From: a candidate division FCPU426 bacterium
Lineage (GTDB): Bacteria; Oederibacteriota; JAAXVQ01; JAUVAV01
Assembly: GCA_040756875.1 (NCBI GenBank)
Contig: JBFLYH010000001.1
Location: 1,308,878-1,372,877 of the forward strand
DNA length: 64,000 nt
Direction of reading: 5' to 3'
Positions within the stretch are counted from its first letter, which is position 1; each line of letters starts with the position of its first letter. The notes beneath the pieces were generated by a model, which saw only the letters and a list, made by a program, of their open reading frames with translations, did no database searches and was not told where the DNA came from. Below, one piece after another: positions 9,116 through 19,644 of the stretch. A program made the translations under genes and the position numbers.

Positions 9116-11092
9116 TCAGCGGAGAATGTAGATTTTTCCGGTTTTTTCCTCCCGCAGGGTCTTCAGCACGTAAATGTACAGGCCCGAGGCCACGGCCCGC
9201 CCCTGCCGGTTGTCCAGATTCCAGACCAGACGGTTTCCGGGATCATCCTTCTGGAACTCCCTCACCAACCGCCCGTCCAGGGTGTAAATCCTCACCACCA
9301 CCCGGCTGGGCAGTTGCATGAAGACGACCCTGGCCGACGGATAAAAATCGCTGCGGTAGGGATTCGGATAAACGATCACATGCGCCAAATCGCTTGCCGC
9401 CACGTTAGGCGTCTCCGTGAACGTCGGCGTGATCATGGGCGAGTCGGTGGGCGTGGGAGTCACTGTGCGCGTCGGCGAGATGGTGGACGTGACGGTGATG
9501 GTCGGTGTCGCCGTATACGTGGGTGTGCACGTGAATGTCGGCGTGGCGGTACGGGTGCGCGTAATCGTCCGCGTCGGGGTGATCGTGAAAGTTACGGTAA
9601 TGGTATCCGTGGGCGTGGCGGTATAGGGCGGCGTGTGCGTGCGTGTGGGCGTGATGGTGAAGGTTTGGGTGATGGTGGGCGTGGCGGTGAAGGTCGGCGA
9701 AGCGGTGAAAGTCGGGGTAATGGTGAACGTGGGAGAGGATGTGGGCGTATCGGTGAACGTCGGCGTGGAAGTGGCCGTGCTGCTGATGGTGGCCGTGGGC
9801 GTGGCAGTGGACGTGGCCGTAAAAGTGGCGGATTCCGTGGCCGTAGAACTGTGCGTAGACGTGGGCGTGACGGTCCGCGTGGGCGTGACGGTCGCGGAAT
9901 CCGTAGCGGTCGGCGAGGCTGTGCGGGTCGGGCTGGGGCTGGGCGTCAGGGTGGGGGTCGGGGTGGCGCGGGCTGTTTCGGCGGAAATCGCGGAAAACGC
10001 GCCGGGATCGCGCTGGTTGTAATAGGACGTGGAAATCCAGGTGTCGGAAACCGCCGCGGCGTAAACCCGGACCTCGTCCACCAGACCGTCCAGGTACCGG
10101 CTGGTGTCGGCGTTGCGGGCGATATTGAAATTGGTGGAGGTATTATTGATGCGCGAGGCGCTGCCAGTGGCCGTCTGTTTGACGCCGTTGACGAAAAGTG
10201 CAACTTCGTGCCCGCCGGCCAAATTATACCTCCCCACCAGGTGATACCAGGTATTGGTTGTGGCGGCGCTATTGCTGGTGGCTTCCCGCCACCAGGTTCC
10301 GTCATAGATCACGAAGATCATGTTATTGCTCGTAACGCCGCTTTTTTGCAAGGCGTATTGCGTATCGCCTTTGGTGACAATTTCATGAAAGGTATTCACG
10401 CCCAGTGTGTCGAACCGCACCCAGGCCTCGATGCTGAGCGGCACGTCGCCATTGCGGTCCAGTGCCGAAGGTTCGCCGTGATCGATGTATCCTGTCGAGC
10501 CGTTCGGATGCTGGCAGCGCCAGATCGGGCCGTATTCCGCGCCGGGCAAATTGCCGTAAAAAGTCCCATCCGCGTTGTTGGCCGTGCTGTCGTTCGCGCT
10601 GCCGGAAGACTCTCCCAAATGCCACACCCCGGCGAAAATGGACGCGTTCCAGGTCCCGGTCTGATTGGGTTCGTTGGCAGCCGCGTAGCCGTAATACATG
10701 TAAATCGTCGTCGCAATCGAACCCGAAAGGTTGGGGATCCTCACCCAGGCTTCCAGGCTGTTGCCGGCGGCGTCGTAAGCGGCGATTTCGCGGTCCAATT
10801 TAGTGGTTTCCGAACCGTCCGTAAAAATGATATCCATGTTGCTTACGGTGTTTTTTTGCACATGGGAGAAAAAAGTGGAATCCAGATCGGCCTCGGTGAT
10901 TAAAACCGGAAAATTGGCTTGGTCGCCGGTGACTTGCGCCGGATCAATGGTAATTTGGCGTTTGTACTGGTAGTTGGCGTCGAACCAGGCTGCCCAGCCC
11001 GTTTCAACGCCGCCTGCCAGAAGCAACACTGCCAAAAAAAACCTGGTCGGCTTCATCTTTTTCCGATTTCTCCCCTTGGTTTGAATTTTCAA
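9116..11092 (-). CDS. Secreted DUF2341/LamG-like protein with Thr/Pro stalk and T9SS-type CTD
   Basis: YKRQITID..NFPVLI, AWVRIP, WYHLVG and DGLVDEVR motifs; same tail as its neighbours; start could be 11056. Confidence 0.85.
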   Translation of the reverse strand: MKIQTKGRNRKKMKPTRFFLAVLLLAGGVETGWAAWFDANYQYKRQITIDPAQVTGDQANFPVLITEADLDSTFFSHVQKNTVSNMDIIFTDGSETTKLDREIAAYDAAGNSLEAWVRIPNLSGSIATTIYMYYGYAAANEPNQTGTWNASIFAGVWHLGESSGSANDSTANNADGTFYGNLPGAEYGPIWRCQHPNGSTGYIDHGEPSALDRNGDVPLSIEAWVRFDTLGVNTFHEIVTKGDTQYALQKSGVTSNNMIFVIYDGTWWREATSNSAATTNTWYHLVGRYNLAGGHEVALFVNGVKQTATGSASRINNTSTNFNIARNADTSRYLDGLVDEVRVYAAAVSDTWISTSYYNQRDPGAFSAISAETARATPTPTLTPSPSPTRTASPTATDSATVTPTRTVTPTSTHSSTATESATFTATSTATPTATISSTATSTPTFTDTPTSSPTFTITPTFTASPTFTATPTITQTFTITPTRTHTPPYTATPTDTITVTFTITPTRTITRTRTATPTFTCTPTYTATPTITVTSTISPTRTVTPTPTDSPMITPTFTETPNVAASDLAHVIVYPNPYRSDFYPSARVVFMQLPSRVVVRIYTLDGRLVREFQKDDPGNRLVWNLDNRQGRAVASGLYIYVLKTLREEKTGKIYILR

Positions 11093-13152
11093 CGCAAAAG
11101 GTATATTTTACCGGTCTTTTTCTCCCGGATGGTCTTGACCACGTAAATATACGCCCCGGAAGCCACGGGCCGCCCGTGCCGGTTTTCCAGGTCCCAAACC
11201 ACCCGGTTCCCGGAATCGTCCTTCTGGAACTCCCTGACCAGCCGGCCATCCAGGGAGTATATCCGTAAGACTGCCCGTCCGGGCAATTGGATGAACACGA
11301 TGCGGCTGACCGGATTCAAATCCCCCCGGAAGGGATTCGGATAGACGATCACATGGGACAGATCGTCGGCCGGCACTTCGGGTGTCATGCTAGGCGTCAC
11401 GGAGACCCATGGCGTCTTGGTGGGCGTAGGTGAGTCCGTGCGCGTGGGCGAGATAGTCGGCGTCGGGCTGATAGTCGGGCTCGCGGTATGCGTGGGCGTG
11501 ATGGTGGCGGTCCGTGAAATCGTGAACGTGGGTGTTACGGTCCGCGTGGGCGTGATCGTGAAAGTGAGCGTAATCGTATCCGTGGGTGTGGCCGTGTAGG
11601 GCGGGGTGTGCGTACGCGTGGGCGTGATGGTCGGCGTCTCAGTGATCGTGGCCGAAATGGTGGCCGTGGGCGAAATGGTGGCGGTAGGTGAAATGGTGGG
11701 AGTCGGCGAAATCGTATACGTCGGGCTGCACGTGGGCGTGCCCGTAGGCGTGCCCGTCGGGGTGGGCGTATGGGCAAGCGACGTGATGATAAAATAATCT
11801 CCCTGGTTCAAATTCACGGTGGCGGTCCACACCCCGCCGGCTTCGGTCATGGAAAACGGCGCCGCGCCGCTGGTGAAATCGCCGTCCGCATCCGTATAGA
11901 GAACCAGATTGCTGCCCGCAAAAGGCGGCAAGTCCGCGGCATTGACAGACACTTTAACCAGGCCGACGTCCCCGGCTTCCCGCACGCGCCACTGCCGGAC
12001 CAGGCGCCGGGTTCCGGTCGGCGCCGCAGTCCCGCTCCAGGCAGCGATGCTGCCGCCGTCGTCGCCGAAGCAAAGAAACTCGCGGTCGCTGATATCCACC
12101 CACGCAGGCGAGCCATTGCTCCCCTCGTTGTCAGCCTCCAGCGTCAGGAGCGAGGAGGCTTCGATGGATTTGGATTTGACCTGCGCCAATCCGGAGGTGT
12201 CGTCGCGCCCAATGCCGGTTATGTCATTCACGTAAGTACTGAAACCCAGATTCGTCATGGTGCAAAATACGCTGCCGCCGCTATCCGTGTAATCCCCCGA
12301 TGCCAGGGTTATTCCGTATTTCAGGGCCAGATACGACTCCACCTGCCGCCGCTCCGAGGCACTCAAGGCCCGGTCGTAAATCACGATTTCCGACACCCGG
12401 CCGTTGAACATCTCGGTCAAATTGGGGCGGGCGCCGATGCGCTGATTGCCCGACCCGTGATTCCGGCTGGTGCTCGAATGCGTGCCCCGGGTCTGGCCAT
12501 TGCAAAATATTTCCCGTCCGCTGCCGCTGTCATTGTACCAATACGTGCCCACCACCGGAATTCCAGCCGCCAGCAGATAGTCGACCGAGTGCAGGTCATT
12601 GGCGGTCCCGTACCAGGCGTCCACCTGGTCGTAATTGTCGCCGCCGCCGAACCACAGTCGCTGGTTGTTCGATTCATTGCCGCCTGAAACCACGGGCTGC
12701 CAATTGCCGTTGTTCACGTAAAACGCGAGAAACCCGGTATAGCTCCCTCCGCCGCTGGTCAGGGCGCTGTTCGGCAGATTAATGTAGTCGTTGCCGTCTA
12801 AATCCACGGCCGGGTTGAAATTCATGCTCTGGGTTTGCCGGTTGGGGTCCGAAGACACGGAAGTGGAATTGTAACCGTTGCCCGATTGGTCGGCCCAGGC
12901 GGTGACATTGTTGCTGCCGTCCACCAGGACCCCGGCATCGGCCTTATACCAGACATGCAGATTGGAGCTGACGCCGCCCGGCGAGGCGGCGATAACGGTG
13001 CCGGCAGTCAAGAGCCACATGGCGGCGCCCAGACAGACACGTCGCCAGCAGAATAAGCCCCTGCCTGGCGGCAGTAGGATCGCGTCGAGAATCCCGGGCC
13101 GGGTGGTCTGTGCCGAAAACTTTTCAGCGCGTTCCTTCGTCAGCTTTTTCAA
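11089..13152 (-). CDS. Secreted LamG/ConA-like protein with Thr/Pro stalk and T9SS-type CTD
   Basis: PGGV...WYKAD, EIVIYDRALS..ER..VESYLALKYGITL and GIGRDD motifs; TTG start after GAGGA. Confidence 0.85.
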   Translation of the reverse strand: MKKLTKERAEKFSAQTTRPGILDAILLPPGRGLFCWRRVCLGAAMWLLTAGTVIAASPGGVSSNLHVWYKADAGVLVDGSNNVTAWADQSGNGYNSTSVSSDPNRQTQSMNFNPAVDLDGNDYINLPNSALTSGGGSYTGFLAFYVNNGNWQPVVSGGNESNNQRLWFGGGDNYDQVDAWYGTANDLHSVDYLLAAGIPVVGTYWYNDSGSGREIFCNGQTRGTHSSTSRNHGSGNQRIGARPNLTEMFNGRVSEIVIYDRALSASERRQVESYLALKYGITLASGDYTDSGGSVFCTMTNLGFSTYVNDITGIGRDDTSGLAQVKSKSIEASSLLTLEADNEGSNGSPAWVDISDREFLCFGDDGGSIAAWSGTAAPTGTRRLVRQWRVREAGDVGLVKVSVNAADLPPFAGSNLVLYTDADGDFTSGAAPFSMTEAGGVWTATVNLNQGDYFIITSLAHTPTPTGTPTGTPTCSPTYTISPTPTISPTATISPTATISATITETPTITPTRTHTPPYTATPTDTITLTFTITPTRTVTPTFTISRTATITPTHTASPTISPTPTISPTRTDSPTPTKTPWVSVTPSMTPEVPADDLSHVIVYPNPFRGDLNPVSRIVFIQLPGRAVLRIYSLDGRLVREFQKDDSGNRVVWDLENRHGRPVASGAYIYVVKTIREKKTGKIYLLR

Positions 13153-13233
13153 GTGATATTCCTCGTCTCGAAGGCTGTAATTGCACCCCCGCCCCTGCCG
13201 GTCACCCCGACCCGCCCGGCCGCTTGCTCCGAA

Positions 13234-14778
13234 TCAACGCATGATGAAGATCGTTCCGGTCTTTTTCTCCCTCGGCGTCTTCAGCACGTAAACATAGGCG
13301 CCGGAGGCCACCAGCCGTCCCTGGCGATTCGTCAAATCCCACTCCGCCCGGTTCCCCCCATCATCCTTGCGGATTTCCTCCACCAGCTTGCCGTCCAGGG
13401 TATAGATCCTGATAAACACCTGCCTTGGCAGCTGGATGAACACAATCCGGCCGTTGCGGTTCAGGTCGGCGCGATAGGGATTGGGATAAACGATCACGTG
13501 CGCCAAGTCGCCCGCCGCCAGATTCGGCGTGTCCGTGGGCGTGGCGGTAACCACCGGCGAATGGGTCGGCGTGGGCGTGACCGTCAGGGTGGGCGTAATC
13601 GTGGAAGTGCGGGTGATGGTCGGCGTGACCGTGTAAGTCGGCGTGGCGGTAAAGGTCGGCGTGCGCGTAAACGTCCGCGTAATCGTCCGCGTCGGGGTGA
13701 TCGTGAAAGTAATCGTGATCGTATCCGTCGGAGTGGCCGTATAAGGCGGCGTGTGCGTGCGCGTGGGCGTGATCGTGAAAGTCTGGGTGATGGTGGGCGT
13801 GGCCGTGAAGGTCGGCGTGGCCGTGAAGGTCGGCGTCACAGTGTACGTCGGCGTGGCCGTAGGCGTGTCGGTGAACGTGGCCGTGGGCGTGGCCGTGCGC
13901 GTCACCGTGGCTGTGGGCGTGGCTGTGCGTGTGGCTGTAAATGTGGCGGACTCCGTGGCCGTGAACGTGGCTGTGGGCGTGGGTGTGACGGTCCGTGTGG
14001 TGGTGGCGGTTGCTGAATCTGTAGCGGTCGGAGATTCAGTGAAAGTCGGGGTAACGGTTCGGGTGAAGGTAGGCGTGCCCGTGGAGGTGAAAGTCGGGCT
14101 CAGCGTAGCCGTCGGCGACGTGGTGGCTGTAAAAGTCCTGGACGACGTGGGGGTGAAAGTGGGTGTATTGGCAGGGGTATTCGTCACCGTAAACGTTAGT
14201 GTAGCGGTGAACGTGCGCGTAATTGTGGGGGTATAGGTCGGGGTGGGCACTACTTCCGAAGCGTAGATGCAGAGCCTGCGGCCCCAATAAAAATCAACTG
14301 TACCGAAAGGATTGGTAAACGCACCGTAACTCATGTCATGACCGGCGCTTTTCATGTTGTCAAAATCAGCAAAGTAGGCTAAATCCACGGTATTATTGCT
14401 GTCATCCGTTTGCATGGAAAGCCAATATGTCGTCCCATTCGTAACCGTGGTTGACGGAATGACAAACTCGTTCCAACCGGTGGACAAACCCTGCGAAGTG
14501 CTTTCAGCCAACAGAGCTCCCGGCGTATTGAGAAGCCCGCCGGCATATAAAGCAACGCGGCCGTTATCCCCAAACCCGACGCCACCAAGATACATATAAA
14601 TGCGGTTTACAGTGCCAGTCCCGCCATCATTGACAAACTGGGTCGCGCGCTGTCGCCCATCCAAATTGTTTATATAGGAAGCACCACTGGTGCTAGTTTC
14701 ACCGAATGTAACTGCCCACAGGGTTTGCGGCAGAATTTGGCAGCTAATTATTGAAATTAAAATGAATAAACGTTTCAT
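13234..14778 (-). CDS. Secreted protein (unknown head) with long Thr/Pro stalk and T9SS-type CTD
   Basis: Signal peptide MKRLFILISIIS; stalk of about 240 aa; YPNP...VASGAY...GTIFIMR. Confidence 0.85.
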   Translation of the reverse strand: MKRLFILISIISCQILPQTLWAVTFGETSTSGASYINNLDGRQRATQFVNDGGTGTVNRIYMYLGGVGFGDNGRVALYAGGLLNTPGALLAESTSQGLSTGWNEFVIPSTTVTNGTTYWLSMQTDDSNNTVDLAYFADFDNMKSAGHDMSYGAFTNPFGTVDFYWGRRLCIYASEVVPTPTYTPTITRTFTATLTFTVTNTPANTPTFTPTSSRTFTATTSPTATLSPTFTSTGTPTFTRTVTPTFTESPTATDSATATTTRTVTPTPTATFTATESATFTATRTATPTATVTRTATPTATFTDTPTATPTYTVTPTFTATPTFTATPTITQTFTITPTRTHTPPYTATPTDTITITFTITPTRTITRTFTRTPTFTATPTYTVTPTITRTSTITPTLTVTPTPTHSPVVTATPTDTPNLAAGDLAHVIVYPNPYRADLNRNGRIVFIQLPRQVFIRIYTLDGKLVEEIRKDDGGNRAEWDLTNRQGRLVASGAYVYVLKTPREKKTGTIFIMR

Positions 14779-14936
14779 TTCAGCCCGCCTAATATGCAAA
14801 ATTACTTCATATTTAGTATACCAAAATATTTTCAATGGCACCAATAATTCTATTTTACGCGCCCTCAATAAAATCATTATTTTAAAAGGTTTTCCAGGCG
14901 GATCACAAGGATGGTTCTTCGCAATATTTAGTGTAG

Positions 14937-15713
14937 CTATAAAGTGAATTTTTCACCCAGGTAGATTTCTCTAGCTTTTTTACTGGTAGCGAGCTGCTTC
15001 GCTGACCCGGATAGGAGAATTTTTCCTTCGTATAAAATGTACGCGCGGTCCGTAATGGAAAGCGTTTCCCGGACATTGTGGTCTGTGATGATGATGCCGA
15101 TGCCCTTGCGCTTCAACTGGCGGATGATGTTCTGGATATCCAAAACCGCGATGGGATCCACTCCTACGAACGGCTCGTCGAGCAGGATGAACGACGGTTC
15201 CAAAACCAGGGCCCGGGTGATTTCCAGGCGGCGGCGTTCCCCACCAGACAGGGTGTACGCCTTCTGCTGCCTCAGGTGGGAGATATTCAGCTCAGCCAAT
15301 AGCTTGTTGAGGCGCCGAGCCTGCTCTTCCTTCCCCAGTTTCAGCGTTTCCAAAATGGCCAGCAGGTTTTCCTCCACCGTCAGCTTCCGGAAAACCGATG
15401 ATTCCTGCGACAGATAGGAAATGCCGAGCCTGGCCCGGCGATACATTGGCAACTGAGTGATTTCTTCGCCCTCCCGGCCGGGATAACGCAGCATGATCCG
15501 CCCGCTCTCCGGCCTGATCATGCCGACCACCATGTAAAATGTCGTGGTCTTGCCCGCGCCGTTCGGGCCCAGCAGTCCCACGATCTCACCGCGCTTGACT
15601 TCCAGGCTGACTTGGTTGACCACGCGCTTTCGCCGGTATACCTTCACCAAGTCTTCGGTGGTCAAAGCCGAAGGACCGGGCCACTTGGGCTGTTGGGGAG
15701 AGCGGGAAGTCAT
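14937..15713 (-). CDS. lptB: LPS export ABC transporter ATPase
   Basis: [28 protein letters not shown] and YLGEKF motifs. Confidence 0.96.
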   Translation of the reverse strand: MTSRSPQQPKWPGPSALTTEDLVKVYRRKRVVNQVSLEVKRGEIVGLLGPNGAGKTTTFYMVVGMIRPESGRIMLRYPGREGEEITQLPMYRRARLGISYLSQESSVFRKLTVEENLLAILETLKLGKEEQARRLNKLLAELNISHLRQQKAYTLSGGERRRLEITRALVLEPSFILLDEPFVGVDPIAVLDIQNIIRQLKRKGIGIIITDHNVRETLSITDRAYILYEGKILLSGSAKQLATSKKAREIYLGEKFTL

Positions 15714-16510
15714 GGCACCTGTTCCTGTTTTGCTGGTTTTGAGTCGGCCTGCCGTTCTTCGGGCAGCACCACGGCCCGGGCCGAGCCCTCGACCTCATAT
15801 ACCCGGTCTTTGATGCGGAGCGTTATCTGTTCGCCGGTGATCCTGTCCCACCCGCGGATGATCTCCGGCCGTTCGCCTGGTTTTTCAACCGGCGGGAGGA
15901 GCAGCAGGGTTTCCGCTTCCTGGCTGAACCGCAGGTCGCCGGCCGTGGCGGTAATGTTCTTGTAATGGACCACGACCTGCTCGCGCGCCCTAGCGGTTTC
16001 AGCTTCGGTGTTCCAATCCAGCCGGTCGCAGCGGATGCGAAGGGGCTGCCCCTGGTCGTCGTGGGTCAGAACCCGTACATTCTTACGCACTTCCACGTCC
16101 GCGAGGTTGCGCCGGTAATCCATTTCCTTGGCGGTCAGGGTGATGCCGCGGTAATGGTCGATCAGGCGCACGCCGCCCCGGGCATAGGCCAGCCCGTCGC
16201 GCGACTGGACTTCCAGGTAGGGCGCCAACAACCAGGCAGATTCCTGATTGACCCTGACATGGCCGGTAAACACGGTCACCTGCCCCTGGTCCTGATACTG
16301 CATGCGGTCAGCCGTAATCTGCACCGGCTGGCTCTTGTCCGGCGCCGCCATCCTCTTCCCGTCCGAAGACACCGTGGACGTGGAAACCGGGGTGGGGCTC
16401 AATTTCAGCGTCACCTTTTCACCGGGCTGCAGGTCGATGCGAATGGGCACAGCGCATCCGGCCAGCAGGGCCATGGCCGCCAGTGCCGCCCCGGCAAGGA
16501 AGCTTCTCAC
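15710..16510 (-). CDS. lptA: LptA/OstA-family protein (lipobox LAGC)
   Basis: ITADRM, FTGHVRV and ITGEQI beta-jellyroll motifs; lies between lptC and lptB; GTG start overlaps the lptC stop. Confidence 0.8.
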   Translation of the reverse strand: MRSFLAGAALAAMALLAGCAVPIRIDLQPGEKVTLKLSPTPVSTSTVSSDGKRMAAPDKSQPVQITADRMQYQDQGQVTVFTGHVRVNQESAWLLAPYLEVQSRDGLAYARGGVRLIDHYRGITLTAKEMDYRRNLADVEVRKNVRVLTHDDQGQPLRIRCDRLDWNTEAETARAREQVVVHYKNITATAGDLRFSQEAETLLLLPPVEKPGERPEIIRGWDRITGEQITLRIKDRVYEVEGSARAVVLPEERQADSKPAKQEQVP

Positions 16511-17082
16511 GGTTTGCCATCCTGCATGTCGAGATCCTGCAACGAGGGCACGGTGATTTTGACCTCCGCCAATACGTTGATATGTTTTAGTTCGCTGTCC
16601 GCTTCCATGCCCACTCCGGTCAGCACGCTGTTGCGCCGCACGACTCGCACCGGCAGGTCGGTGTACAATCGTTGCTGGCTGTGGCTCCAATTCAGGCGTT
16701 CGGTGGTCAGCCGGACGCCTTCGGCGGACACCATCTCCACCTGTTCTTCTGCGCGCATGTCGTTGTTTTCAGTGTCGATGACCCCCCGCCGGGCGGTAAG
16801 AGTCGAAACCACGCGCCCCTTCTGCCAATAGGTGACTTTGATGTCCTGGGCTTTGGCCAGATGGATCTTCTCGTAAATCTGGGCGGACCGGGCCGCGAAT
16901 TCCCATTCCACAGCCGCATCGCGGGTGGAGGTCATGCGGAAGCCTTCGAACAACATGGTCGGCTCTTCCGCCCCGCCGGAAATCGGGGCCAGCCGCACGG
17001 TGGGCGGCTCTTCCGTACAGCCGGCCAGCAGCGCCAGCAGCATGGCCAACGCCAATCCCCGCGGACGTCCGTGCTTCAGCAT
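16507..17082 (-). CDS. lptC: LPS export protein LptC
   Basis: LTTERLNW, LYTDLPV and GVGMEAD motifs; synteny. Confidence 0.85.
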   Translation of the reverse strand: MLKHGRPRGLALAMLLALLAGCTEEPPTVRLAPISGGAEEPTMLFEGFRMTSTRDAAVEWEFAARSAQIYEKIHLAKAQDIKVTYWQKGRVVSTLTARRGVIDTENNDMRAEEQVEMVSAEGVRLTTERLNWSHSQQRLYTDLPVRVVRRNSVLTGVGMEADSELKHINVLAEVKITVPSLQDLDMQDGKP

Positions 17083-17987
17083 GCCGTACCTCCCGAAGCG
17101 GGCGCCGGGCTTTTCCAGCGTTGATGGAACCACACCCATTGTTCGGGCGAACGCCGGATGCTGCGTTCCAGAAACGCGTTTCCCAGGCGGGCGCCTTCCG
17201 CCAAATCCAGGTCTTCGTCCGCGGAATGCGGCAGTTGCAATTCGGGTTCGATGACAATGCGGTGGCGTCCGTTGGGTTGGCGGGAAATGGTAATCGGGAC
17301 CACGGCCGCCCCCAGTTTGCGCGCCAGCCGGAAAATGCCCACGGGCGTTTTGGCCGGGCGCCCGAAAAAATCCGCCCATTGTGAATCCACGTCCGTGTCC
17401 TGATCGTTGAGCACACCCAGAAGCATACCCGCGTGCAGGCAGCGCAGAATTTCGCGGGTGGCGCCCTGGCGCTTGATCACGCGGATTCCGCCGCGTTCCC
17501 GGAAACCGTTGAGCAGGGCGTCCAGCCGGGGATCATACAGCGTTTGCGCCACCACGGCCGTGTCCCAGCCTTGCTGCTGGGTCCACACCGGCAGGATTTC
17601 CCAATTTCCCAAATGGCCGGTCAGGCATAAAACCCCCCGGCGCCGACGCCAGGCCGCTTCCATATGCTCCCGGCCCTCCACCGTCTCCACCAGCCCAGCA
17701 ATCCGCGCCGGCGGATACGCCATCATTTTAAACAACTCCAGGGCGTTCCGCCCCAGGGCCACGAACACCCTTCGGGCCAGGGCCTGCCGTTCCTGCGGGG
17801 ACTGTCCCGGATAGGCCAGGGCCAGATGGGTCCGGGCCCGCTCGCGCTCCTTTCGAACCGCCGCATGAAAAGCCGAACCGAGCGCTGCGCCCAGGGCCAA
17901 GGCCGCCCGCCAGGGCAAAATTCCCACCATGAGCAGCACCCCGCGCAGGGCCCAGTAGATGACGGTGTTCTTCAGCTTTTGCGCCAT
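17076..17987 (-). CDS. Lipid A late acyltransferase (LpxL/HtrB family)
   Basis: HLGNWE, DQD, FFGRPA and PEQWVWFHQRWK motifs. Confidence 0.92.
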   Translation of the reverse strand: MAQKLKNTVIYWALRGVLLMVGILPWRAALALGAALGSAFHAAVRKERERARTHLALAYPGQSPQERQALARRVFVALGRNALELFKMMAYPPARIAGLVETVEGREHMEAAWRRRRGVLCLTGHLGNWEILPVWTQQQGWDTAVVAQTLYDPRLDALLNGFRERGGIRVIKRQGATREILRCLHAGMLLGVLNDQDTDVDSQWADFFGRPAKTPVGIFRLARKLGAAVVPITISRQPNGRHRIVIEPELQLPHSADEDLDLAEGARLGNAFLERSIRRSPEQWVWFHQRWKSPAPASGGTAC

Positions 17988-18664
17988 GGAGCCCCCCGGT
18001 CGAAGGAACCGGGGTACCTATTTCTGCCCTGCGTTTTTTTTTTCAGGGTAGACGGCGACATCCCCGCAGCAGGAGATTCGCATTCCTCCTGCGAAGGGGA
18101 TGGAGAGGATTTCCGCGGCGAAGGGTGGGAGCCGGCTAAGCGGTTGACAACCATGGCCCAGCGGCTTTGGGCTTTAAGGAGGCGTTCCACGACTTCGCGC
18201 ACAGCCCCGTGCCCGCCGGCGGCCGCAGTCACGAAATCCGCGGCCCGTTTCACTTCCGGCGCGGCGTCAGCCACGGCCACGGCCACGCCCGCCAGACGCA
18301 TAGCAGCCAGATCGACCAAGTCGTCCCCCACGTACGCGGTGGCCGCGGGCGGAACGGAAACACGGCGGCAGATTTCCAGCAGGGCGCCGCCCTTGTCCAG
18401 CCGCCCCTGCATGACCACGGTCACCCCGCACTCACGGGCGCGGAGGGTCACCACCGGACTCCTGCGGGCCGTCAGAAAAGCGGTGGCCAGTCCGGCCTGG
18501 CGCGCCAGGGACAATCCCAGGCCGTCGCGGACCGAGAACACCTTGGCGTCCCGCCCCGCCCGGTCGAGCCACAGCCCGCCGTCGGTCAGAACGCCGTCCA
18601 CGTCGCATACCAGCAGCCTGACGGTGTGCAATCGCGCGGCCAGCGGCATCCGGCCCGCCATCAC
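17972..18664 (-). CDS. kdsC: Kdo-8-phosphate phosphatase (HAD family) with C-terminal extension
   Basis: DVDGVLTDG, GDDLVD and GGHGAVRE motifs. Confidence 0.92.
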   Translation of the reverse strand: MMAGRMPLAARLHTVRLLVCDVDGVLTDGGLWLDRAGRDAKVFSVRDGLGLSLARQAGLATAFLTARRSPVVTLRARECGVTVVMQGRLDKGGALLEICRRVSVPPAATAYVGDDLVDLAAMRLAGVAVAVADAAPEVKRAADFVTAAAGGHGAVREVVERLLKAQSRWAMVVNRLAGSHPSPRKSSPSPSQEECESPAAGMSPSTLKKKTQGRNRYPGSFDRGAPWRKS

Positions 18665-19644
18665 ACCACCCCGGCGTCGAACAGATCCAGGAAATGAACC
18701 ACGCCGATCAACTGCCGTTTCCGGTTGACCACCAGCAGGACGAAAATGCGCTTGTCCTGCATGACCCGGACCGCCTTGATGGCCAGTTCGTCCTCGTACA
18801 AAACGACCGGCTGTTTGGTCATTACCTGGCCGATCTTGAACTTGCCGAACTGGCGCTCGCGCCCGACCAGGCGCCGCAAATCGCCGTCCGTGAAAATGCC
18901 CAGCAGGCGCCCCTGGGTGTCCACCACGCCCACACAGCCGAACCGCTTGCGCGTCATTTCATAAATAGCGCTTTCCAAACCGGCTGTGGAGACGATTTTC
19001 GGCAGAGCGTCGCCGGTGTGCATGATGTCGCGTATCCGGATCAGGCCCTTGCCCAATTCCCCGCCGGGATGCAGTTGGGAAAAATCCTCGGGTTTGAAAC
19101 CGCGGACGTTCATGAGTGACACGGCCAGCGCGTCGCCCAGGGCCAGGACGGCCGTAGTGCTGGCCGTCGGCGCCAGCCCGAGCGGACAGGCCTCCTCGGC
19201 CACGCGGACATCCAGCACGACGTCGGCATTGGCGGCCAGCGTGCTGGGTTGCTTGCCGGTCATGGCGATCAAGGGCACCCCCAGGCGTTTGACGTGCGGA
19301 AGCAGGCGCACCAGTTCCTCGGTTTCGCCGGAATTGGAGATGGCGATGGCCACATCCGGCGGCGTCAGCATGCCCAGATCTCCGTGAAGCGCTTCGGAGG
19401 CGTGCACGAAAATGGAGGGGGTTCCGGTCGAGGAGAACGTGGCGGCAATTTTTTGGCCGATGACGCCCGATTTGCCCAAACCGGTCACCACCACCCGGCC
19501 GCGGCAGTTGAAGATCAGCTTGACCGCTTTTTCGAATTCAGGGCCCAGGCGCGGGATCAGGTCGGCCACGGCCTGCGATTCAATCCGCAGGACCCGGCGG
19601 GCGTCCTGAATGACGGCGGAAGGAGCTGGCTTGGATTTGGGCAT
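18661..19644 (-). CDS. kdsD: Arabinose-5-phosphate isomerase (SIS + CBS)
   Basis: GKSG, HGDLG, APTASTT and HPGG motifs plus a CBS pair. Confidence 0.95.
   Translation of the reverse strand: MPKSKPAPSAVIQDARRVLRIESQAVADLIPRLGPEFEKAVKLIFNCRGRVVVTGLGKSGVIGQKIAATFSSTGTPSIFVHASEALHGDLGMLTPPDVAIAISNSGETEELVRLLPHVKRLGVPLIAMTGKQPSTLAANADVVLDVRVAEEACPLGLAPTASTTAVLALGDALAVSLMNVRGFKPEDFSQLHPGGELGKGLIRIRDIMHTGDALPKIVSTAGLESAIYEMTRKRFGCVGVVDTQGRLLGIFTDGDLRRLVGRERQFGKFKIGQVMTKQPVVLYEDELAIKAVRVMQDKRIFVLLVVNRKRQLIGVVHFLDLFDAGVV

Noticed and set aside
9065-14236. Plus-strand Arg/Gly-rich and Val/Gly-rich ORFs (e.g. 9065-10903, 13751-14236)
   Set aside because: Antisense shadows of the stalk-encoding genes.
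7400-14250. Repetitive GTGGGCGT-type DNA as a CRISPR array or satellite
   Set aside because: These are degenerate codon-phase repeats encoding Thr/Pro stalks; there is no fixed repeat-spacer pattern and no cas genes.
7115-14778. Diversity-generating retroelement acting on the repeated tails
   Set aside because: No reverse transcriptase; differences between copies are mostly synonymous-type and not adenine-specific by eye.
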